Source of the DNA: Bacteroidia bacterium
GTDB taxonomy: Bacteria > Bacteroidota > Bacteroidia > NS11-12g > UBA955
Assembly (NCBI GenBank): GCA_044357345.1
Contig: JBIKPR010000004.1
Coordinates: 4,762-68,761 of the forward strand
DNA length: 64,000 bases
Reading direction: 5' to 3'
Position 1 is the first letter of the stretch; each line of letters starts with the position of its first letter. The notes beneath the pieces were generated by a model. That model was not told the DNA's origin. It saw nothing but the letters and a program-made list of their open reading frames with translations, and ran no database searches. The position numbers were made by a program, and so were the translations under genes. Below are positions 57,192-64,000 of this stretch, piece after piece.

Positions 57192-58343
57192 TTGAATACT
57201 TACACCACAAAAAAATACATAAAAATCATACTCTTGCTCCTGGCTCTAGCCATTGGTTTGTTTTCACTCTACTATTCAAACCGTATGGTTATAAAACTCT
57301 CCAAAGAGGAAAGGAAAAAAATTAGCCAATGGGCTGAAGCGCAAGAACTGATTGCTAAAGCCGACCCGGAACAAGACATTTCTTTTTACGCCAAAATTGT
57401 AGAATCAAACACCACCATTCCTGTATTTTTAGCCGATGAATCGGGTTACCTTACCTACCGAAACATTGACAGCAGTTTGATCCGTAGCAAACGCCAAATC
57501 AAAATCTATTTTGAAGAGCTTAAAGCTGAGACCGCGCCAATAGAAATAAAAATAACCGACGATTACAGCCAATACGTGTATTATGACGAATCGTCTATTC
57601 TCAAACAATTGAAAATTTACCCCTTTATTCAACTCGGCATAGTGGGTTTGTTTGTTGTAGTGAGTTATTTTGCCTTCAGTTACAGCCGCAGGGCTGAAGA
57701 AAACCAAGTGTGGGTTGGCTTGGCCAAAGAAACCGCGCATCAGCTCGGCACACCGATGAGCTCATTAATGGCTTGGGTCGAATTAATTGAAACCGACAAG
57801 AGCTTTGCAACTTCCGAATCTTTGGCTGAAATGCGCAAAGACCTCGACCGTTTGAGAGTCATTACCGAACGTTTTTCTAAAATTGGCTCTGTGCCCATTA
57901 TTGCCAAAAGCGACATTTCGCAACAACTGCAATTGGCCATTGACTACATCAAAACCAGAAGCTCAGATGAGGTGGTATACATTTACGAATCGCAAGCCAT
58001 TGGCGCAATAGCCAATATCAATGTACCTTTGTTCGACTGGGTAATAGAAAACATTTGCAAAAATGCAATGGATGCCATGGAAGGCCGCGGAACCATCACC
58101 ATTAAATGCAGAACCAAAGGTGAGCACATCGTTATAGACATCACAGATACAGGCAAGGGCATGCCAAAAGGCTTGTTTAAGCGTGTCTTTAAACCAGGAT
58201 TTACCACCAAACGCAGAGGTTGGGGACTAGGCTTGTCTTTGGTAAAAAGAATAGTAGAAAATTACCACAAGGGACATATTTTTGTGAAGGAAAGTATCCC
58301 CAACAAAAAAACAACTTTTAGAATCTTATTAAAACAAGCATGA
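57192..58343 (+). CDS. sensor histidine kinase (orphan in this window)
   Basis: Two TM helices flank a ~130-aa periplasmic segment. H-box is ETAHQLGTPMSSL. ATPase motifs are NAMDAM, DTGKGMP and GWGLGLSLVKRIV. TTG start. Confidence 0.8.
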   Translation: MNTYTTKKYIKIILLLLALAIGLFSLYYSNRMVIKLSKEERKKISQWAEAQELIAKADPEQDISFYAKIVESNTTIPVFLADESGYLTYRNIDSSLIRSKRQIKIYFEELKAETAPIEIKITDDYSQYVYYDESSILKQLKIYPFIQLGIVGLFVVVSYFAFSYSRRAEENQVWVGLAKETAHQLGTPMSSLMAWVELIETDKSFATSESLAEMRKDLDRLRVITERFSKIGSVPIIAKSDISQQLQLAIDYIKTRSSDEVVYIYESQAIGAIANINVPLFDWVIENICKNAMDAMEGRGTITIKCRTKGEHIVIDITDTGKGMPKGLFKRVFKPGFTTKRRGWGLGLSLVKRIVENYHKGHIFVKESIPNKKTTFRILLKQA

Positions 58344-58936
58344 AGAAATATTTCATAAGTTTAACCGCACTTTTTGCAGCACTGCCATTTGCCCAGGCCC
58401 AGGTAACAGATACCACGGTTGCGGAGCCTATGATAGAATCAGTAGATGAAATGCCACCACCAATGATGATGGATGGCGACGCATGGGAGCAAGCAGTGTC
58501 AGTTGATACACCCGCTGTAGGATCATACGAACCCTTTAACCAAATCAAAACCAATTATAAATTAAAGCCGGTAAGCAACCCAGATAAAAAAGCGTATTAC
58601 AGCGAAGGCATCCGAGTCCTATTGGATAATATTTATTTGAATTTAAATATGCCGTATTACGCCGCTTCATTTTTGAAATTAGGTGAAGCACAATTTGTAT
58701 TGTTGCAAGTAACCGTTGGAAAAGATTCCTCTTTATACAACGTTGAAACCCTCAACACCCCCGGATCAACTTACACAAACAACGCCAGAGAATGTTTGGA
58801 AAATTTGCCATTCAAATTTATACCCGCCACCAAAAACGGCAAGCCTGTAGACAGCATTCTTATTATCCCCTTCCGTTTTGAAGCCAATTTAGATTACTAT
58901 CAATTTGGCGTTTACAACCCAGACGCAACCCGCTAG
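58340..58936 (+). CDS. hypothetical secreted protein (TonB_C-like C-terminal domain?)
   Basis: Signal peptide ending FAQAQ. ATKNGKPVDSILIIPFRF resembles the end of TonB_C domains. It has a 4-nt ATGA overlap with the kinase gene. Confidence 0.45.
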   Translation: MKKYFISLTALFAALPFAQAQVTDTTVAEPMIESVDEMPPPMMMDGDAWEQAVSVDTPAVGSYEPFNQIKTNYKLKPVSNPDKKAYYSEGIRVLLDNIYLNLNMPYYAASFLKLGEAQFVLLQVTVGKDSSLYNVETLNTPGSTYTNNARECLENLPFKFIPATKNGKPVDSILIIPFRFEANLDYYQFGVYNPDATR

Positions 58937-58950
58937 AATAAAATTAACCG

Positions 58951-59727
58951 ATGCCAGAATTTATACTCATTAACAAGCAAGTGGCGCCTTTTGTCGCACA
59001 CGTTCAACTGAACAGACCTAAAGAACTTAACGCACTCAACCTCGAGTTGATGTTGGAAATAAAACAAGCTTTAATCGATTTAGACAATGACCCAGAAGTT
59101 AGAGCTATTGTATTAAGCGGAAACGAACGCGCTTTCGCAGCAGGTGCAGACATCAAACAAATGGCAGGACGAAATGCCATGGACATGCTAAGAATCGACC
59201 AGTTTTCGACCTGGGACAGCATACGCAAAACCAAAAAACCTATGGTGGCTGCTATCAGCGGTTTTGCCCTCGGTGGAGGTTGCGAATTGGCCATGATTTG
59301 CGACATGATAGTTGCCAGTGAAACCGCCCTATTCGGACAACCAGAAATCAACATCGGCATTATGCCAGGTGCAGGTGGAACCCAAAGATTGACTAGAATA
59401 GTTGGCAAAAACAAAGCCATGGAAATGGTTTTAACCGGCACATTTATATCCGCTGAACAAGCCAAAGAATGCGGCTTGGTGAACAAAATAGTTCCTGTAG
59501 AATTTTTTCTTTCTGAAGCCATAAAAATGGCGGCCTTAATTGCAGAAAAATCACCTATTGCGGTACAATTGGCAAAAGAAAGTGTGTTGCGCGCCTACGA
59601 AATGCCTTTGCAAGAAGCCTTGTATTTTGAACGCAAAAACTTCTATATGTTGTTTGCTTCCGAAGATCAAAAAGAAGGCATGGCGGCTTTCGTTGAAAAA
59701 CGCAAACCAAATTTCCAAGGCAAGTAA
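58951..59727 (+). CDS. enoyl-CoA hydratase (crotonase family)
   Basis: FAAGADIK, GFALGGGCELAMICD and GQPEINIGIMPGAGGTQRL motifs. Confidence 0.88.
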   Translation: MPEFILINKQVAPFVAHVQLNRPKELNALNLELMLEIKQALIDLDNDPEVRAIVLSGNERAFAAGADIKQMAGRNAMDMLRIDQFSTWDSIRKTKKPMVAAISGFALGGGCELAMICDMIVASETALFGQPEINIGIMPGAGGTQRLTRIVGKNKAMEMVLTGTFISAEQAKECGLVNKIVPVEFFLSEAIKMAALIAEKSPIAVQLAKESVLRAYEMPLQEALYFERKNFYMLFASEDQKEGMAAFVEKRKPNFQGK

Positions 59728-59729
59728 TT

Positions 59730-61142
59730 CTAGAGGGATTGTATAATACCTAAACTGTGGTAAGCGTTTAATATCGCCTTCTGGTTTTTGACCTGTAATT
59801 CTATCCACTTAATTTTCGCATTCAAATAGCTTATTTCTCTGGCATTGATCATAAACAATGAGCTTTCTCCCGCGTTAAAAATTTGTTTTTCCGCCTCCAA
59901 CAATTGCTCATATTGCTTTACTGTTTCTGTATACAATTTCAATTGCTCCGCGGTTAAAACACATTCATTAATATTGGCTTGGGCTTTATTGTTTAATTCC
60001 AGGTTTTTTTGTTTAATCGCTAATTCTGTTTCTTGAATTTTCAGCTCCATCATGCGCAAATCACCACGCTCTTTACGCAACAAAATAGGCATACTAAACC
60101 CAATTCCCCAATTGTAATTATTGATTGAATAATTGGCCAAAGGCGCACTTCCTGAACTCAACAAAGGGTTGTATTTTAAGTTAACAATGGGTTTCAATTG
60201 TTCTTGTTTCAGGCGTTTTTCAATGCCCATCCCGTCCAGTTTAAATCCGTACAACTGCATTTCTGGATGCGTAAGAATCAAGCTGTCTATTTGATTACTT
60301 AAAACAAACAGGCTGGTTTTATTTGTTTCAAAAACCAATTCGTCTTCAGGAACGGTATTTCTATCCAATTCCAAAGGTGTATTGTTTTCAAACCATAAGT
60401 AAATTGAAAGCATTAATGACTTATTGGTATAATCCAACTCTGCTTGCCCCAAACTCATCCGTCTCTCTTGCAACTGTATACCGGCTTCTAAAGTATCTAC
60501 AAATGGCCTATCGCCCAATAAAGCACTTTGCTTAACGGCTAAAAAACGTTGTTCAGCAAAAATATAGGCATCTTGGTAGACTCGTAATTGTTTGTATGCC
60601 ATAAACCAATCCCAATAAGCCTTACCTGCCTGGTTCAGCAAATCGTTTACCATATTCATTTGCTCAGATTGGGCCGCTTCATTGAAAATCTTAGCTTGCT
60701 TTAGTGCAAAACGACGTTCATCTATAAACAAACCTTTTCCGAGGGTTAAACTCACACCTGCGTAGGCCAAACCAGATTGAGGCACTATGTTCTCAGGATT
60801 TAAGTTTAGTCCTTGGTTTTGCTCAAAACCAGCCCCAAATTCAAGTCCATACCAAGTTGGAATTTTCAAGCCACTGTTAAACAAACTATAATATTGCGAA
60901 CCTTTATAATATTTCTGTTCTAGGTCTGTGCTAATCTTGGGGTCAAACCCCCCACGGGCTTTTAATAGATTGGCTTCTCCTTTTTCCAATTGCAATTGCG
61001 CTTGTTTGGCCAAAGGATGGTGTTGCTTCACCAAATTAAGGTAACTTTTAAAATCAAAAACTTTGGCACTGTCTTGAGCTTGAATTGAATACAAAACACT
61101 CAAGCACATAAAAAGACCGATTGTTCTATTTAGTAATTTCAT
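59730..61142 (-). CDS. TolC-family outer membrane efflux protein
   Basis: Signal peptide, 470 aa, two-fold repeated coiled-coil/barrel architecture. It lies downstream of HlyD and ABC genes. Confidence 0.78.
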   Translation of the reverse strand: MKLLNRTIGLFMCLSVLYSIQAQDSAKVFDFKSYLNLVKQHHPLAKQAQLQLEKGEANLLKARGGFDPKISTDLEQKYYKGSQYYSLFNSGLKIPTWYGLEFGAGFEQNQGLNLNPENIVPQSGLAYAGVSLTLGKGLFIDERRFALKQAKIFNEAAQSEQMNMVNDLLNQAGKAYWDWFMAYKQLRVYQDAYIFAEQRFLAVKQSALLGDRPFVDTLEAGIQLQERRMSLGQAELDYTNKSLMLSIYLWFENNTPLELDRNTVPEDELVFETNKTSLFVLSNQIDSLILTHPEMQLYGFKLDGMGIEKRLKQEQLKPIVNLKYNPLLSSGSAPLANYSINNYNWGIGFSMPILLRKERGDLRMMELKIQETELAIKQKNLELNNKAQANINECVLTAEQLKLYTETVKQYEQLLEAEKQIFNAGESSLFMINAREISYLNAKIKWIELQVKNQKAILNAYHSLGIIQSL

Positions 61143-61144
61143 GT

Positions 61145-62494
61145 TTATTTATTTACAGAAGGTTTTGTACTTAATTGTTTATAATATTCTGGAGGGAAAC
61201 CATTAATCTTTCGCCACAATTCATACCAAATTGGCACATCTTTTAACAGCATCATTGAGCTAACGCCTGCTCCTACTCTAATTTCTTTAGGCCAAGCATG
61301 GTCATTGGTATCAGGCACCACCAAGACTCTGTACTTACCATTCTCGCTTATAAAATTATCTATGGCCACCACTTTACCACCATAGGTTCCGTATGAAACA
61401 TTGGGCCAACCAGAAAAAACGATAGCAGGCCAACCGTCAAACTGCACCCTTACCTTACTGCCCTTACCCAACAATGGAATGTCGATAGGCTTAACAAACA
61501 CCTCCACGGCCACGTCGATATTGGCAGGCATGATACTCAGAATCTCGGTGCCTTCCTTAATGGTTTCTCCAATACCACTTCTAAGCGCTTTGGTGATAAA
61601 CCCATCTTGGGGCGCTGTAATATAATACATCCCTGAACGCACCAAATAATTGGAGTATTGGTTTTGCAATTTTGTAACTACTGCCTCTGCATCATACATC
61701 CCTGAAAGGGCTGAAAATTTCTCTGATTCACTTTTTGAAATTTTATCTCTAAAATCTGCTTTTATAGAAGACAATTCAATCCGCGCGTTGATTAATTGGT
61801 TGCGGCTGCTCAACAGCTTATTTTCTTGGGCAATCATTTTAGCATTGGTCTCTTGCAATTTCAATTTTCGGTTCTCTAAATCGGTCAATGACTTTAAACC
61901 CTTTTCATGCAATTCTTGCATACGTTTGTATTGTTCCAAAGCTATTTTGTAGTTGACTTCAAACGCTTGCAAATCGATGCTGTCAGATTTAACACTCAAG
62001 CGGGCTTGCAACAATTTATTGGCCGCCTGTTCTTGTTTTAAAATCAAACCCTGAGCCAAAGCAGACACTTGATTGTCCATAGCCTTTACCTTTTCCATAT
62101 AGAAGTTGACGCTCATTTCTTTCGACTTCAATTGTTCGTTTGTTCTAGCCAATAAATTAGGGTCAAAATACTCGTCTTTTATCTCTGATACATACAATAT
62201 GGTATCGCCTTTTTTCACCAAATCACCTTCTTGCACAAACCATTTTTCTATTCGACCTCCAATAATGGAATTTATAGTTTGCGGTCTTTGCCCTGGCTTC
62301 AATGCAATTACAGTCCCATTGGCCCGAATATTTTGAGTCCAAGGAAGAAACACAAACAAAACAAACAAAAGCAACAAGATGATCAAAACTCGGGGCAAGC
62401 GCTTTTTACCCCTATCTTGATATACTTGCTTTAAAGACGCAAAATGTTGCGTATTTATACTTCCCTTAATTGAATTTTTAGCGATGTTTAACAT
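61145..62494 (-). CDS. HlyD-family membrane fusion protein
   Basis: N-terminal TM helix, lipoyl-like GGRIEKWFVQEGDLVKKGDTIL, a long coiled coil, and a C-terminal beta-barrel domain. Confidence 0.82.
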   Translation of the reverse strand: MLNIAKNSIKGSINTQHFASLKQVYQDRGKKRLPRVLIILLLLFVLFVFLPWTQNIRANGTVIALKPGQRPQTINSIIGGRIEKWFVQEGDLVKKGDTILYVSEIKDEYFDPNLLARTNEQLKSKEMSVNFYMEKVKAMDNQVSALAQGLILKQEQAANKLLQARLSVKSDSIDLQAFEVNYKIALEQYKRMQELHEKGLKSLTDLENRKLKLQETNAKMIAQENKLLSSRNQLINARIELSSIKADFRDKISKSESEKFSALSGMYDAEAVVTKLQNQYSNYLVRSGMYYITAPQDGFITKALRSGIGETIKEGTEILSIMPANIDVAVEVFVKPIDIPLLGKGSKVRVQFDGWPAIVFSGWPNVSYGTYGGKVVAIDNFISENGKYRVLVVPDTNDHAWPKEIRVGAGVSSMMLLKDVPIWYELWRKINGFPPEYYKQLSTKPSVNK

Positions 62495-62495
62495 A

Positions 62496-64000
62496 TCAAA
62501 TATTTTTTGTTTTAGTGCTTTTCATTTCTACCATACGCATGCAAGAACTTCTCAAATAGGCATCAGAAGATGTCGTAATTAAAGACCAATGTTGGGCCTT
62601 GCTGCATAAAAAATCTATAATTTTCTCTCTATCAGTTTTTTCAATAAACACTATGCTATTTTCCAGTAACAAGAGGCCTGGTTTATTGGCAATACTCCTG
62701 GCCAATAAGATTTTTTGCACGATGCTTTTACTCAATTTATCGCCCTCTGCGCCTATTTCGGTGTCCAATCCTTTTGGCAATGATTTAACATAATCGGACA
62801 ATTGCATTTTGTCAATGGCCCATAAGACATCGTCAAACTGCACATCTGCACGCCCAATACTAATATTGTCATACAAAGTGCCTTGAAACAATTGTTCTTC
62901 AGCAAAACGAATTCCCATTTGTGCGCGCATTTCCTCCGGATTGAAATTCCCAATGGGCAAGCCATTAAAACTGATGGATCCATGACGGATTTGGTACAAT
63001 CCCGCAATTAAATGCAGCAATGTTGATTTACCCGATCCATTCTCACCAACAATGCATACTTTCTCTCCTGCTTTAAGTAGCAATTCAAAATGTGAAATCG
63101 CTAGGGCATTAGAATTGGGATAGGAAAATTGCAAATTTTTTATTTCAACCTCTATACCATTTCCAGCTTGGTGGACCAAAGCAAAAGATTGCCCGCTGTT
63201 TGTTTCCGTTTCCAAATCGGTAACTAAACCGATTTTCTCTAAAGCAGCTAAAACATCATATATGTTTTCTACACTTAAAATTAATTTCTCTACAGAATTT
63301 AAGACCAAAAGAATAATAATTTCAGCCGCAATAAATTGTCCTATATTCATTTGTTGGTTCAAAACCAGCAAGCCTCCAATAATCAGCAAGCCTGCAGCCA
63401 CAAGTGATTTAAACACAACCAACAACGTGTATTGTTGACGCAAGACTTTAAAATGTTTTTCTCTAAAATTTAAATAGCCTTGCACATGGGTATCGGTTTT
63501 TTGCAAATGCAATTCAGTGGCACCAGCCAATTTAAAGGTGTCTTTGTTTTGAGCCAAATTCTGTAACCAAAATGCTACGCGGTATTTGTATTTTGATTCA
63601 TTCAAACTGGTATCTAAGCCTTTTTTGGCCGTTAAGACATAAATGAAGTAAACCAATATCACGAGAGCAAAACTGAATAAAATAAAAAATGGATGGTAAA
63701 AAGACAAGAGCAACAAACCGAATACCACTTGTAGGGTGGCCGTCGAAAAATCGATGAGTATTTTTGACAAACCTTTTTGAATGCTTAGTGTGTCGAAAAA
63801 ACGGTTCATCAATTCTGGCGCATTGTATTGGTCTATGGCCTCTGATCGGATTTTCGGCATCCTGAAAGTAAATTCAAAAGCTGAACGCACAAACAACTTT
63901 TGTTGCATGTTTTCTATAATACGCAATTGAAACAATTGTAGCACACCAGAAAACACGACACCAGCAACAACTATCGTTACCAGAACAATCCAAGAACTGG
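62496..64000 (-). CDS. ABC exporter (fused TMD-NBD), 5'-truncated by window edge; NBD catalytic motifs degenerate
   Basis: The frame stays open upstream of the track's GTG to position 64000 (a TM helix, VLWIVLVTIVVAGVV). Walker A GENGSGKST is intact. The signature is LSKSI rather than LSGGQ, Walker B is LLLLEN rather than hhhhDE, and the H-loop position reads TTSSD. Confidence 0.85.
   Translation of the reverse strand, partial: SSWIVLVTIVVAGVVFSGVLQLFQLRIIENMQQKLFVRSAFEFTFRMPKIRSEAIDQYNAPELMNRFFDTLSIQKGLSKILIDFSTATLQVVFGLLLLSFYHPFFILFSFALVILVYFIYVLTAKKGLDTSLNESKYKYRVAFWLQNLAQNKDTFKLAGATELHLQKTDTHVQGYLNFREKHFKVLRQQYTLLVVFKSLVAAGLLIIGGLLVLNQQMNIGQFIAAEIIILLVLNSVEKLILSVENIYDVLAALEKIGLVTDLETETNSGQSFALVHQAGNGIEVEIKNLQFSYPNSNALAISHFELLLKAGEKVCIVGENGSGKSTLLHLIAGLYQIRHGSISFNGLPIGNFNPEEMRAQMGIRFAEEQLFQGTLYDNISIGRADVQFDDVLWAIDKMQLSDYVKSLPKGLDTEIGAEGDKLSKSIVQKILLARSIANKPGLLLLENSIVFIEKTDREKIIDFLCSKAQHWSLITTSSDAYLRSSCMRMVEMKSTKTKNI

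Noticed and set aside
59730-64000. TolC-HlyD-ABC cluster as a new secretion system
   Set aside because: The architecture is a standard tripartite type-I-like exporter. Only the degenerate NBD motifs are unusual, and those are reported separately.
1-64000. Canonical phage-defence, toxin-antitoxin, retron/DGR or restriction-modification loci
   Set aside because: No reverse transcriptase, Cas, DNA methyltransferase/restriction endonuclease, TIR/SIR2 or small paired toxin-antitoxin ORFs could be recognised in any frame of the ORF track.

Overview
This 64-kb window looks like a chromosomal segment of a low-GC Bacteroidota genome. The evidence is gene content: an LpxC-FabZ fusion, a fused 2-oxoacid dehydrogenase E1 alpha/beta, both T9SS type-A and type-B C-terminal sorting domains, and several apparent TTG starts. 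Most of it is conserved housekeeping. This includes pyrE, lpxA-lpxC/fabZ-lpxD plus an HD hydrolase, rlmF, mdh, pcm, an initiating sugar transferase, a Glu/Leu/Phe/Val dehydrogenase and glmS. It also includes the lipid-synthesis block yceD-rpmF-plsX-fabH-accB-accC, then bamA, uppS, a cyclophilin and an enoyl-CoA hydratase. Between these lie accessory-looking parts. (1) Four large T9SS cargo proteins, two with type-B and two with type-A C-terminal domains. (2) A small islet carrying three ion-channel families (MscS-like, Kir-like, pentameric ligand-gated-like), ending in two decayed serine-recombinase genes. (3) A tightly packed six-gene minus-strand operon (39091-46768) of DUF4214-like lipoproteins, a Tat-signal DUF1501-like protein, a lipoprotein with a pseudo-cytochrome motif, and a CUB-like/T9SS adhesin. 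(4) A secreted protein built from six cysteine-rich ~92-aa tandem repeats. (5) A TolC/HlyD/ABC exporter whose ABC ATPase motifs are degenerate. (6) An unexplained intergenic direct-repeat array between pyrE and lpxA. I recognised no rRNA, tRNA, CRISPR array, cas gene, reverse transcriptase, restriction-modification or toxin-antitoxin genes, and no intact mobile element. No canonical defence system is visible. The best candidate for an undescribed system is the six-gene DUF1501 operon, followed by the Cys-repeat protein. All family assignments come from motif recognition by eye; no searches were run.
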